A stretch of DNA of 64,000 nucleotides from IMG/VR virus record IMGVR_UViG_3300020473_000021, positions 69,568 to 133,567 of that record; one strand, given 5' to 3'. Below, in pieces: positions 1-9,891 of the stretch; positions within the stretch are counted from its first letter, which is position 1, and every line of letters begins with the position of its first letter. This DNA is from a virus. Below the pieces are notes generated by a model. It saw only the letters and a list, made by a program, of their open reading frames with translations. It was not told where the DNA came from and ran no database searches. Made by a program: the position numbers and the translations under genes.

Positions 1-175
1 CGCTTGGATTGTCATGAACCCTTTAAGCATGTACATGTGTTAACTCCTACAGTGTAATTCTATGATATTTCCTAACTTACAAAATCATTACAGAGACATA
101 GTAAGTGGGTAAGAAACTTTTTACGCTCGTCATAACATGATTAACGTCGTGGGGCGATTAGATAAGATAGAAGGT

Positions 176-670
176 ATGTTTTTCGTAAAATTTGTTAAGC
201 TATTTAACACACTACGGCCATTCTTCGCGGAGATATTCTTACCGGGTGAAACCGATAAGGATAAGATCGCCAAAAATAGAACACTGACTATCATCACATT
301 GATTGTTGCGCTCAACTTGTTTTTATTCACTAATAAGATTGTTGTCTTCAACCCCCCTTGGGGGAGAGATGAAGAATCTACAAGTGATAAAAATGAAGTG
401 GTCGCTGATAGTCCAAATAAAGTGTGGTTGGATTTCTTGGAAGATCAAATGAAAGATCACGTCAATGAAATCGCAGAGTTAGAGCAGCAACTTGAAAGTA
501 GTGAAGCTGAACTCGACGCTGAGAGTGAGTTAAACAATCAACTCAGAAGAGAGATACAATCTCTCAAAGATAAAATCAGTCTACTCAAAAGTCAAATAGA
601 AAAGGGAGCAAGCTCTCGAGACATCTACGAGAGACTGAAGGAGTTAGAGGAGAATAGAAATGTTGATTAG
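176..670 (+). CDS. putative inner-membrane spanin (Rz/i-spanin-like)
   Basis: Single hydrophobic segment (TLTIITLIVALNLFLF) followed by a long coiled coil; overlaps a downstream lipoprotein gene. Start may be 137 or 176 (GAAGGT precedes 176). Confidence 0.6.
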   Translation: MFFVKFVKLFNTLRPFFAEIFLPGETDKDKIAKNRTLTIITLIVALNLFLFTNKIVVFNPPWGRDEESTSDKNEVVADSPNKVWLDFLEDQMKDHVNEIAELEQQLESSEAELDAESELNNQLRREIQSLKDKISLLKSQIEKGASSRDIYERLKELEENRNVD

Positions 671-1079
671 ACGATGTATCCTATCGATCGCATTTGTACT
701 CTCCTTGAACTCCTGTACCATTATCATGGATAGTAGCATAAATACGCCGACAGAACCCACTGCAAAAAAACCACTACCTGCATCTAAAGATCTCAACCGA
801 CAAATAACCACGTTGATAGAGAGGATTAGAGAACTTGAAGAGCAAAGACAGGATGTGGTGGAAGATACTACATCTACCCCGGTCTGTGGGAAATTTGAGT
901 TACCTAGGATACCACCCTCACCACCTATGCCAGAAATAGCCAATAGTGCTAGCGATGATGAATTCAGCCAAGCGTTAGTGGAGTATGTGGTTAAACTCGG
1001 TGAGCATTCTGATAGGGTAATAGCTCGAATAAGAACAGCATACGATCGCTATTCTGAAGCATGTAATGTCAATAATTAA
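660..1079 (+). CDS. putative outer-membrane lipoprotein spanin (Rz1/o-spanin-like)
   Basis: Signal peptide with lipobox-like LNS-C (MLIRRCILSIAFVLSLNSC); Pro-rich segment (LPRIPPSPPMP); C-terminal Cys; paired with an upstream TM/coiled-coil gene. Confidence 0.65.
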   Translation: MLIRRCILSIAFVLSLNSCTIIMDSSINTPTEPTAKKPLPASKDLNRQITTLIERIRELEEQRQDVVEDTTSTPVCGKFELPRIPPSPPMPEIANSASDDEFSQALVEYVVKLGEHSDRVIARIRTAYDRYSEACNVNN

Positions 1080-1082
1080 ATT

Positions 1083-1132
1083 TGGACAGGTTGGACTCAT
1101 CTATTGGGTCTAGCCTGCCCATTTATTATTTT
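1083..1132 (+). terminator. intrinsic terminator-like hairpin
   Basis: TGGACAGGTTGGACTCA-TCTAT-TGGGTCTAGCCTGCCCA stem (G-U pairs, one mismatch) followed by a T-rich tract. Confidence 0.55.
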
Positions 1133-1148
1133 GTTTGGAGGAAACTAA

Positions 1149-2615
1149 ATGAGCAAAAAAGAAAAGGAAGTAGAAGAGGTGAAACCGCCTGAGAAACTCA
1201 GTCTGGTCATGTATACCGATGGTGGTTGTAAACCATCACGTGGACATGGCGGATATGGTTTCCATGGCTACCTTTATACTGATGAAAAGCCAAAACAGGG
1301 TGCTGGCGCTAAAGCCGTGCCAACTAAAGAAGGTTACGTTGTTGGTGCAAAAGACAATGCTGTCACCGTCCACAACTACATTGATTGTGCTTGCCCGTTT
1401 GAAGAGATAACGACCAATAACATCACTGAGATGGAAGGCGTTAAACAAGCGATGGAAACGGCCATGCAGCAGGACGTGGAAAAGCTACTAGTCTTAACCG
1501 ATAGTAACTATGTTTTAAAGGGTCTTACTGAGTGGGTACCCGGTTGGATTAAACGCGATTGGCGTAAGCCTGATGGCGAAGAAGTTCAAAACAAGAACGA
1601 GTGGTTAAGTTTGTTATCTGTTAGAGACCGACTGGAAGCTAGTGGCATCAAACTTAAGATCGATAAGGTTCGTGGACATAGTGGTGATTTAGGTAACACC
1701 ATGGCTGATATGTTAGCGAGTGCCGCCGTTATCATGGCTCGTAAAGGGTTAAGTGATAAGATCTTTAAGGTCTCTGAAGCTAAGGGCTACTGGAATAACA
1801 AGGTTGACTACAATCGCTTACTATCAAAAGCTAACTGGTACTTCCTTGCGGGTAATGCGGACAAGATGGAGACTCGCGATGGACGTTTCGTCTATCATTT
1901 AGGTTCACATGGTCCTAAAGATGACTTGCTCGGCAAACCAATGTCTGACGCAAGCTATTCTGTCGTATACTTGAAAACTCCAGACCCAGTACTTGCAAAA
2001 GTGCGTGAAGTGATTGATGCTAATGCTGTTATCGACAATCAAGTCGTAATCGGTCGTTTATCAAACATTACAACGCCTGAGAATTATTCTTCTATCGACC
2101 AATATGGTTCAGCACTTATCGAGTGTGAGAATGGTAAGTTAGATTCTAAGAACCATGCTGGGGCTACCATCACTACAGAACAACGACCAGCTCGATTGGC
2201 ATTCCGCATGTTAGAAGCGATGAATACCATGGAAGCATTGTTAGATGACTACCTAACTGGTCGCACTGTGACAGTGACGGATATCACCGATGAAATCTTC
2301 GATAAAGAAGAGAAGAAGGGTAAGGTCAAGTGTAAGATCAAGAAAGACCTATCGGTTTCAACGCGTTATCTCGATGTAAAGGCCGACTATAACGTCGCAG
2401 GTAAGACGGATAGTATTGATGTGAGGTTACTTTTAGGTATGGATCTGCCAGACAGGAACACCTTGGCAGCTCTCGCCCCTGACCTCCCATCGGTTAAGGT
2501 GATTACTTGGAAGGAATCAGATAAGGCATTTAGATTTGCTACAGTCGTTGAATGTAACGAAGATGTAGGAATCTTCTCGTCTTTCTATTCGAACCTTAGG
2601 TTATTAATCGATTAA
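1149..2615 (+). CDS. ribonuclease HI with C-terminal extension (phiKZ-like RNase H)
   Basis: RNase HI motifs YTDGG, TNNITEMEG, LTDSNYV..G..EW..GW, KVRGHSGDLGNTMADMLA. Confidence 0.92.
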   Translation: MSKKEKEVEEVKPPEKLSLVMYTDGGCKPSRGHGGYGFHGYLYTDEKPKQGAGAKAVPTKEGYVVGAKDNAVTVHNYIDCACPFEEITTNNITEMEGVKQAMETAMQQDVEKLLVLTDSNYVLKGLTEWVPGWIKRDWRKPDGEEVQNKNEWLSLLSVRDRLEASGIKLKIDKVRGHSGDLGNTMADMLASAAVIMARKGLSDKIFKVSEAKGYWNNKVDYNRLLSKANWYFLAGNADKMETRDGRFVYHLGSHGPKDDLLGKPMSDASYSVVYLKTPDPVLAKVREVIDANAVIDNQVVIGRLSNITTPENYSSIDQYGSALIECENGKLDSKNHAGATITTEQRPARLAFRMLEAMNTMEALLDDYLTGRTVTVTDITDEIFDKEEKKGKVKCKIKKDLSVSTRYLDVKADYNVAGKTDSIDVRLLLGMDLPDRNTLAALAPDLPSVKVITWKESDKAFRFATVVECNEDVGIFSSFYSNLRLLID

Positions 2616-2639
2616 TAATATCTCTTTTGAGGTAATTCA

Positions 2640-3104
2640 ATGAAACCCCTAAAAAATGCTTTGAGGAAGACGGTGTGTCCGATACTTCATTTCATCGGGC
2701 AAATACCCATCGTTATCTTATCATTCATCGTACCTGCTAAAGGGCGGCGGTTGATGGTGAGTGCTTCTCTTTTTGCGCATTTTGATAGGCTTGATCCAGA
2801 CACGTTGAATTCAGAAGGGATGAAGGAGTACGTTCATCATGTCAATCGACTATTGCAGTTAATTGAGCGTGAAGAGCGTGCTCTGATATTCCCAATGTAT
2901 ATTCATAACCGTATCTGGGGTAAGTTGGATATCGAAGATTTGAAGCGGTTAAGTAGAGAACCGTCTGGTAAGATGGTCGAAGCAGTACTAAAACAGCTTC
3001 CGTGGTATCTGAGGTATCATCCTAAGATCATGCGTGACGACATCAACACCATCATTGAGCGCCGTTTGCTTAAAGATGTGCTGGTTTATCGCAGTGCAAC
3101 TTAG
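2640..3104 (+). CDS. hypothetical protein
   Basis: 154-aa ORF with GAGG SD, in the RNase H operon. Confidence 0.7.
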   Translation: MKPLKNALRKTVCPILHFIGQIPIVILSFIVPAKGRRLMVSASLFAHFDRLDPDTLNSEGMKEYVHHVNRLLQLIEREERALIFPMYIHNRIWGKLDIEDLKRLSREPSGKMVEAVLKQLPWYLRYHPKIMRDDINTIIERRLLKDVLVYRSAT

Positions 3105-3136
3105 GAGACTATAATGAGAAATGTGTTCTAACCGTC

Positions 3137-3175
3137 ATAAGTGGGAGGCATCAGCCTCCCACTTATTTATTTTGT
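3137..3175. terminator. hairpin between convergent genes
   Basis: ATAAGTGGGAGGC-ATCA-GCCTCCCACTTAT with T tract on the right. Confidence 0.8.
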
Positions 3176-3176
3176 C

Positions 3177-3998
3177 TTAGCTAACTACCTTAGCCGCTTC
3201 TTCAACAGAAGTCTTCAATTCTTTGTACATGAACGTATGTACCGACATGAATTCAACTTCAGTGGCAATCAAGTAGGTTAACTTGGTTAATGAGGAGATT
3301 GTAACGCCGGACATGTTATACGTCTCAGGGTCTTCTTCTAAACGCTCGATAATGACATCCAGATATTCGCTGATGGTGGTTACCATATCAACGGTATTGA
3401 TAGGATCATTATTCTCGATGCGTTTCTCAAGAGCATCCATGCGCTTGTATAATTCATCCCAATCACCCTGACGCTTAACGACATCGCCGTATGGACGTTG
3501 TTGTGCTTGATCTTTAGAGAAGTCATCATGCATTTCAGATTTAGCATCTTCAATGTCGCGACGGGCAATCTCAGATATCAACGTTGACTCAATTTGAGAC
3601 TTCATGTTATCTGGCTTATCGAGTAGTCCACCTAAGAACTTCTCGGTGGGTATCAATACCTCTGCCATCAGCGTATCGGCAAATTCTTGATTGCGTTCAA
3701 GCGTATCGAGATGTTTCAAGTAAGTTGTATTGAGACCAGCTGGAACAGGAACCTTCTTATTTCGAAGTTTCATGTAATCGTTAGCATCTTTTGCTTTGTA
3801 GAATAAACCACGGTCAACTGCACTCTCACGTTGGCGCAATGCATTTAGTTTATCTTCTACAAAGTTGGTCACATCTTTAAAGAAGTTAGGTAACTTCTGG
3901 CGGACGTTATCAATATCGGCGGTGAAGCTCATGGCTTCCTGCGAAAGTGTTAATGCTTCGTTGCCGATGTCTTCTAGTGATAGTTTTGCAGGCTGCAT
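3177..3998 (-). CDS. probable virion (inner head) protein, phiKZ gp153-like
   Basis: Helical 273-aa protein between RNase H and UvsX, as in phiKZ synteny; N-terminal S-x-E motifs (SLE, SQE). Confidence 0.55.
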   Translation of the reverse strand: MQPAKLSLEDIGNEALTLSQEAMSFTADIDNVRQKLPNFFKDVTNFVEDKLNALRQRESAVDRGLFYKAKDANDYMKLRNKKVPVPAGLNTTYLKHLDTLERNQEFADTLMAEVLIPTEKFLGGLLDKPDNMKSQIESTLISEIARRDIEDAKSEMHDDFSKDQAQQRPYGDVVKRQGDWDELYKRMDALEKRIENNDPINTVDMVTTISEYLDVIIERLEEDPETYNMSGVTISSLTKLTYLIATEVEFMSVHTFMYKELKTSVEEAAKVVS

Positions 3999-4145
3999 AT
4001 GTAAGTAACTCCGATTTAAAAACGGTATAACGTATGTTTGTTCATAGAATTAAAGGGACTTAGCATAATCGCGTTAAAAAAGACTGCTCAGCGCTATCAT
4101 CTGACAGTAACCATTTGTACAAAATAATTATTAGGAGAACCTCTA

Positions 4146-5597
4146 ATGTCAGGTTTTAATTTAGCTCCGCAATTACGTCCACGTCCTTGCATTGGGTCTC
4201 TTTTAGACATTCCAGCTGGGCGCTATCATAAGGGCGCACATGGCGATATGATCCTGAATGGTGGATTCAGTAACTTCATTGGCGTTGGTGGTCGTGGTAA
4301 CACTTTTAAGACGGCACTATCGTTGTCTCAATCAATCATCGTGCTTGATCGATACAGTCGCTCTAAGTTGACCGTTTACGATACTGAGATTACCTTCTCT
4401 TGGGATCGCATTGAAGATATCTCATCGCGTTGGGATTTAGATTACAATGAAGCTGTAGATAGTGGTCGCATCTCATTAACGTCTGCGGCAGAACACAGTG
4501 GTAACGAGTGGTGGTCTATCATTCGTGACATTTCTAAAGAGCGTGCTAAGAATGCTAAGAAAGAAAAGATCGACACGCCTTTTGTAAATAAAGATAATCA
4601 ACCGATTAAAGCATTCCCACCTGATATTCATCTATTGGACTCGATGAGCCAATTAGAAACCGATGCTATCTCAGGTATTTACGATAAAAACCAAATCGAT
4701 GATAGTGCAGCGAATACCGACGCGTTGCGTGGTGGCGCTATTAAAACACGCATGGTAATGCAGGTACCGCAGGTAACGTCGCAAGGTGGTTTGACACTCA
4801 TCGCTACTGCACACGTTGGTGATGAATTCCAACTTGACCCATACGCACCTAAGGTCAAGAAGCTTCAGTTCATGAAAAATGGCGTTAAATTCAAGAACGT
4901 GCCTGAGAAATTTACTTTCTTAAGTTCTGTGTGCTGGTATGTCAGTAGTGCGACTCCGTTGATTAACCAATCGACTAAAGCCGCTGAGTATCCATTGTCT
5001 GGCTATAATGAACATAAAGGCGATACTGACTTACAAGAGTTGGTGTTAACTAACGTTCGTAACAAACACGGTCAGACAGGACAGACACTGAACCTCATCA
5101 TCAGTCAGACTGAAGGTCTATTACCTAGCTTAAGTGAGTATCACTATCTTAAGTCTCGTAAAGATAAGTTTGGTTTAGTTGGACCTGAGGGCGTACATAA
5201 AAGCTGGCGCTTAGCCATCTATCCGGATGAGTTACTTAAACGTACTCAGTTACGTGATATGATCGATACCGATCCTAAGTTGCGTCGTGCGCTAGAAATC
5301 ACGTCTGAGATGGCTCAGATGCAGGATTATTGGCCAGACATGCCTGAACACCAGCGTGTCGATCCTCAAGACTTATATGAGCGTCTTAAGGATATGGGCT
5401 ATGATTGGGATCTACTGTTAGATACCCGTGGTTACTGGACGTTTGATCATTACACACATCCAGTAAATCCATTATCTACAATGGATCTCATTAACATGTA
5501 TAATGGGGAATACATTCCCTTCTGGTATGATAAAAGTAAAATAGATACCAGTAAAGCAGTTTCTGGAGGCAGTAAAAATGAATCTTCCGAATCGTGA
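4146..5597 (+). CDS. uvsX: UvsX/RecA-like recombinase (phiKZ gp152-like)
   Basis: Walker A-like GRGNTFKT, YDTE motif, Walker B-like HLLDSMS, RecA-type TAHVG and RNKHGQTG. Confidence 0.85.
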   Translation: MSGFNLAPQLRPRPCIGSLLDIPAGRYHKGAHGDMILNGGFSNFIGVGGRGNTFKTALSLSQSIIVLDRYSRSKLTVYDTEITFSWDRIEDISSRWDLDYNEAVDSGRISLTSAAEHSGNEWWSIIRDISKERAKNAKKEKIDTPFVNKDNQPIKAFPPDIHLLDSMSQLETDAISGIYDKNQIDDSAANTDALRGGAIKTRMVMQVPQVTSQGGLTLIATAHVGDEFQLDPYAPKVKKLQFMKNGVKFKNVPEKFTFLSSVCWYVSSATPLINQSTKAAEYPLSGYNEHKGDTDLQELVLTNVRNKHGQTGQTLNLIISQTEGLLPSLSEYHYLKSRKDKFGLVGPEGVHKSWRLAIYPDELLKRTQLRDMIDTDPKLRRALEITSEMAQMQDYWPDMPEHQRVDPQDLYERLKDMGYDWDLLLDTRGYWTFDHYTHPVNPLSTMDLINMYNGEYIPFWYDKSKIDTSKAVSGGSKNESSES

Positions 5598-5913
5598 CCT
5601 CGCGGCGGAACTCTATGAGCGCATCAAGGTGCGCTCTGTTGACCGAGCTGAGTTATGGAAACATATGTTCGTAGAAGCCCACCCCAATTGGGCATCAGGT
5701 CAATTACCTAGTGTGGAGCAACAGATCGTTGAAATGTCTAACTTCTGGCGTATCCAACTCGGTATGTTAAATGACGATACCATCAATCTTCGAAGTAAGA
5801 TAGTCGATACCGTGTCTGCGGATATTTGGCTACAGAACTTCGAAAACTACTTGATGGATACCGTAGTCAGTCAACCGATTCCTAATGGGTCATGGCAGAC
5901 GGCCATCGCATAA
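5578..5913 (+). CDS. hypothetical protein
   Basis: 111-aa ORF overlapping the uvsX stop; GGAGG SD. Confidence 0.7.
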   Translation: MNLPNRDLAAELYERIKVRSVDRAELWKHMFVEAHPNWASGQLPSVEQQIVEMSNFWRIQLGMLNDDTINLRSKIVDTVSADIWLQNFENYLMDTVVSQPIPNGSWQTAIA

Positions 5914-6305
5914 TCGTTGCTGGTAGTCGAACGTTTACCGATTATAAATACTTTAGAGAAGTCATCATTGATGTACTTAAAAAGATCAACTACAACATCG
6001 ATGTATTTATAACAGGTAGGGCATTAGATGGTCCTGACGATATGATTTATCATTTCTGTCGTTGGGACCATAAGTTTGACTATGTGGAAAAGAAAGCCAA
6101 CTGGAAGAAGTATGGTAATGCGGCAGGTATGCTTCGCAATATAGAAATGGCGGAGATAGCTACTGGGTTAGTCGCTTTCTGGGATGGTAAAAGCAAAGGC
6201 ACCAAACAAATGATCGATGAGGCTAACAAACGAGGTCTTGAGGTTTTAGTTGTTATGTTTGATGCTGACGAACAGCCAACGTTTGAATTATTTGAAGGGA
6301 CATAG
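5892..6305 (+). CDS. SLOG family protein (YspA/DUF2493-like)
   Basis: RIIVAGSRTF, ANWKKYGNAAGMLRNIEM and VAFWDGKSKGTKQMI are typical SLOG motifs. Confidence 0.85.
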   Translation: MADGHRIIVAGSRTFTDYKYFREVIIDVLKKINYNIDVFITGRALDGPDDMIYHFCRWDHKFDYVEKKANWKKYGNAAGMLRNIEMAEIATGLVAFWDGKSKGTKQMIDEANKRGLEVLVVMFDADEQPTFELFEGT

Positions 6306-6384
6306 TTCCCTTTTATTTTTTGTGTGGCGACAAATAGACTGAGAGATTTGCACATTTTCAATCTGTACGCCGTGGAGTAATCCA

Positions 6385-7053
6385 ATGAACAAAGCAAGAG
6401 AAGAAGCGACGAAGTTAGCCGTTAAGCTTCTTAGTAAGTTTGCAGGTAAGACTGCAAGCGTAAAAGAAACCGAAAAGATGTTGGGTAACCTAACCGATAA
6501 GCAGTTTGATGAATTCATGGTTGCTTTGCGGGATGGTGATGATTCACTACCATATATCCTACCTAACCTAACAAAGGAACGTTTGAGTGTCGATCGTAAC
6601 TTAGAAATAGCCGATGAGTTAGGCCACGACTTCTTCGAACAGATATGGATCACCGACCCGAGTACTGGTGTAACGCACCTCACGCCTGATAAGTACCTCG
6701 TGGTGGACTTACCACTACGTCGTCTACAGCAGCATCTTGAGAAGAAGATACGAATACCTAAACACAATAAAGCTATCGATGAGATGACTGGACAACCCAC
6801 CAGCGACTCGAAAGGTAGTAAGGTATCGTTTCCTGAACTTCAAGTGCTATATTCTCAAGGGTTGGAGTCGACCATTAAAGAACTCTTTAAGTTTCGTGGT
6901 GGTGATGAGCAAGCGTATAAGGCACTTAATGCTGATGCTCTCAGTACTGGCATTCCAAGTATGGATGCAGTAGATTCTCCAGAGTTTAGAACTAAAGCGG
7001 CGGAGACATTAAGTATCTTACTTAAAGCTGCCCATTTAAATAATAACTTATAA
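6385..7053 (+). CDS. virion RNA polymerase beta subunit, C-terminal fragment (phiKZ gp149-like)
   Basis: LPLRRLQQHLEKK, DEMTGQP..SKGSKVSFPELQVL and ELFKFRGGD resemble the RpoB C-terminus. Confidence 0.85.
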   Translation: MNKAREEATKLAVKLLSKFAGKTASVKETEKMLGNLTDKQFDEFMVALRDGDDSLPYILPNLTKERLSVDRNLEIADELGHDFFEQIWITDPSTGVTHLTPDKYLVVDLPLRRLQQHLEKKIRIPKHNKAIDEMTGQPTSDSKGSKVSFPELQVLYSQGLESTIKELFKFRGGDEQAYKALNADALSTGIPSMDAVDSPEFRTKAAETLSILLKAAHLNNNL

Positions 7054-7071
7054 AAACGCAGGAAGGGGATT

Positions 7072-7623
7072 ATGTTTAATTCAAACAGAGAAGGTGTAGA
7101 CCTCATCATTTCTGAAGCTAAGGAAATATTCTTAGCTGAGAATATGGTAAAGCCTACTGAGAAAGACTTACCCAGGGTTCTCAATGATCGCATCGTAACA
7201 GCTGTCATGAACGTCATTGCTGATGCAGGCATTATCTACCTCTCAACGAAAGAAGACGTTATCGACCTTTGGGATAGCATTCGAGCTGAAGACGAAAGTG
7301 GTCTTGGGGGATGGTTGATGCAATCAGCCATTACTTGGCGCATTCGATCAATACCTAATGGTAACTCTTGGAATACGTGGTGTACATTCTTAGCCGAAGC
7401 ATATAGTCAACAGCGGTCTGGCGTCGACAAGTCTATGGCTGCCGTTTGTGTCGATGATGATACTGTTGATAGATTGGCTAGACTGGATGAATTTAAAGAC
7501 ATCCTCATCAACAACCCTTGGTTCACATACCTAGTAACATTACAGTTAAGCTGGCATGAAATCTATGCTGACTTAGTAGAGACTGGCGTGTTAAACGGTC
7601 AAGTGGGGGAAGGTGAGTCATGA
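7072..7623 (+). CDS. hypothetical protein
   Basis: 183-aa ORF in operon. Confidence 0.7.
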   Translation: MFNSNREGVDLIISEAKEIFLAENMVKPTEKDLPRVLNDRIVTAVMNVIADAGIIYLSTKEDVIDLWDSIRAEDESGLGGWLMQSAITWRIRSIPNGNSWNTWCTFLAEAYSQQRSGVDKSMAAVCVDDDTVDRLARLDEFKDILINNPWFTYLVTLQLSWHEIYADLVETGVLNGQVGEGES

Positions 7624-8012
7624 TGGATAGAATTGATACAATCGCTAGAATACAGTTAGCTTGTTTTCCTACTGACGATTTGAATGTTCACAAAAACGTG
7701 GAAGCTTTACGTCGAGTTAGAATGGGTCACCCATCGGGAATACAAGAGAAACTAAATTCATTGATGAATGAGTGTTGTCCTAAGACGATAAGTTGTTTGA
7801 ATAATGCTGGGGTTTCTTTATTTAACATGTTAAAGGAATCGGACGAGCTTGACCAACAACAAACCTACTTCTGGTTACAACAACGCGTTCACTTACTGCC
7901 ATACTTTGATTTAACTGGTGGTAACCACATCAATAACTCTAAGCAGGTTGTGTCAGCTGCCATTGAGACACCTTGGTTCTTTTATCTACTGTATAGCGAT
8001 CCTCTGATATGA
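7620..8012 (+). CDS. hypothetical protein
   Basis: 130-aa ORF with ATGA overlaps on both sides; its end (ETPWFFYLL) resembles NNPWFTYLV of the preceding ORF. Confidence 0.65.
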   Translation: MMDRIDTIARIQLACFPTDDLNVHKNVEALRRVRMGHPSGIQEKLNSLMNECCPKTISCLNNAGVSLFNMLKESDELDQQQTYFWLQQRVHLLPYFDLTGGNHINNSKQVVSAAIETPWFFYLLYSDPLI

Positions 8013-8713
8013 AGCAATCACTCTACGTATCTTTGGATTCATTGTTGGATACTCGATTTGGTACCCTCATCAAAATGGATGAAGAAAAAGCTGCCGGACT
8101 CATAGCCAAAGGCTATCGGCAGCGACAAATCGATGACTTTTCTCAACTCGATGAAACTATCGATAACGAAGAGTTTAAACGCCTCTATGAATCAAGAGAT
8201 CAAACCACTTTAGAATTATCTAAATGTAGTAACATCGTTCCGACTGTGTGTCACATGGTCATGGAATTGAGAGATGCGGCTAAAGAAGTCCCATTTATCG
8301 ATCAAGTGACTGTTGATGTGAATATGTATCCTTATGATTTCTCAGAAGAGGTACAAAGAGAGATCGTCAACACGATTCGATATATGACTGGTGACATAGC
8401 TAAGATAAGTGCTGTTAATATACCACTTATCGGACTCATGCCCGATTATATTTCTAACCACTACGATGCGGTCATCATGTATGACTTTAATGCGTGGCTA
8501 GAAAAGCATGGTAATGCACTTAAACACAACCCAATGCCCCGCGTATCGTTTATCGTACCCGCTTTATTCCAAGGTAGGGTACCGACTGAAGACGAGTTGG
8601 ATTTTGGTGAGTTAAATACCAACGATCCGTTCTCTGCTACTGAAATGGCTTTAGCAGAATACTTAATCGTTCGGTTTGTAGACGTAAGTAAATTTAGCGT
8701 CGTTGAGTTATGA
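8009..8713 (+). CDS. conserved phiKZ-like hypothetical protein
   Basis: 234-aa ORF beginning LYVSLDSLLDTRFGTL (HAD-like N-terminal strand); translationally coupled. Confidence 0.65.
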   Translation: MKQSLYVSLDSLLDTRFGTLIKMDEEKAAGLIAKGYRQRQIDDFSQLDETIDNEEFKRLYESRDQTTLELSKCSNIVPTVCHMVMELRDAAKEVPFIDQVTVDVNMYPYDFSEEVQREIVNTIRYMTGDIAKISAVNIPLIGLMPDYISNHYDAVIMYDFNAWLEKHGNALKHNPMPRVSFIVPALFQGRVPTEDELDFGELNTNDPFSATEMALAEYLIVRFVDVSKFSVVEL

Positions 8714-8716
8714 GTC

Positions 8717-8756
8717 AAAAATAAATAGGTGGGGCATTTGCCCCACCTATGACGTC
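8717..8756. terminator. hairpin between convergent genes
   Basis: ATAGGTGGGGC-ATTT-GCCCCACCTAT with an A tract on the left. Confidence 0.8.
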
Positions 8757-8795
8757 TGTAAAATTTTACAAGTTTAACAGCATGGTATAGTTAAA

Positions 8796-9260
8796 CTATT
8801 CGTTGTCTTCACTAGGACCTTCCATTTCTTCAAGGAAGTCCTTAGAACGAGAATTACTGAGTCCCTGTTCTTTCTCTTCTTCACTGAAAGTGAGACTGGG
8901 GATTTCACTTGGGTCAGGTTCAGGAATACGATCGACTTCTTGACCTGGTTCTACACGTAAGCCATATGGATTGACCATCGATAGTTTCTTCACGATTTCT
9001 TGTGCGGCACGATCGTTCTCAATACCGTCACGATCCACATCGACTTTCTGAGATTGTATCGACGTGTGGTCCATATCTCGTAGAACACCCATTAATAGCT
9101 TAAGGTCATCTTCACTTGTTGGGATACCATTTCTGGTCATTTCAGCAGTGACTTGACGGCGGATGTTTTGACTGTGGTTGAGGAGTTTCTCAGGACTTAG
9201 CTCTTCTTCGCTATATCCACGGAGAACAACTCCTTCCTGTACTTCTTTGTCGTCAGACAT
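8796..9260 (-). CDS. hypothetical acidic protein
   Basis: 154-aa ORF with GGAG SD. Confidence 0.7.
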   Translation of the reverse strand: MSDDKEVQEGVVLRGYSEEELSPEKLLNHSQNIRRQVTAEMTRNGIPTSEDDLKLLMGVLRDMDHTSIQSQKVDVDRDGIENDRAAQEIVKKLSMVNPYGLRVEPGQEVDRIPEPDPSEIPSLTFSEEEKEQGLSNSRSKDFLEEMEGPSEDNE

Positions 9261-9287
9261 ATTTCTGTTCTCCAGAATAATTTAAAA

Positions 9288-9296
9288 ATATATCAT
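9288..9296 (+). promoter_or_regulatory. candidate early promoter motif ATATATCAT
   Basis: Same 9-mer in four intergenic regions upstream of + strand non-structural genes; resembles the phiKZ early consensus TATATTAC. Confidence 0.55.
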
Positions 9297-9345
9297 GAGA
9301 GTGAACTATTGTCCTCTCAGCTAAACTAAGTGCGCAGGTTAGTTA

Positions 9346-9891
9346 ATGCTAAAACGATTAATATGGAGATGGCTCTATAAATCCATTGTGAATAACAATA
9401 CGGAGCCCAGTGTAAGTATCTTACCGATGCTTAAACGTTATCGCAGGCTAATGCGTACAATGTCATTTAATAAGGCAGGGTATCGCGACAGAATAGGCTA
9501 TAGCGTCAATGTTAAAACAAACAATTTGGGGGAGTTTTTATCGACAATAACAAGAGTAAGAGAACTTATAGAGATCCAAGTCCATGAACTTGATTTCAAC
9601 ATAAAACTCAATGCAAGAAGAAAACTGAGACTGGATTCCTGGCTAGTCGATGAAGAAGATTTCTTGTATGATGAAATAGAAGCCTCACGATTATTACTCA
9701 ATGAACTCGAGGCTTTGGTGGTAGCGTTAGAACATGTAAAATCTAAGAAGCCGCCACTGTATGTGTATTATGAGGATGCCACTCGATATATCATTCAAGA
9801 TCTTATCGATGCAATGGACGCCCTCATCGCACTTAACTTAGGAGTCAATGATGTCAAAAGACATGCACCAAATATTATCCTTAGACGATAA
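9346..9891 (+). CDS. hypothetical protein
   Basis: 181-aa ORF downstream of a promoter-like motif. Confidence 0.65.
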   Translation: MLKRLIWRWLYKSIVNNNTEPSVSILPMLKRYRRLMRTMSFNKAGYRDRIGYSVNVKTNNLGEFLSTITRVRELIEIQVHELDFNIKLNARRKLRLDSWLVDEEDFLYDEIEASRLLLNELEALVVALEHVKSKKPPLYVYYEDATRYIIQDLIDAMDALIALNLGVNDVKRHAPNIILRR

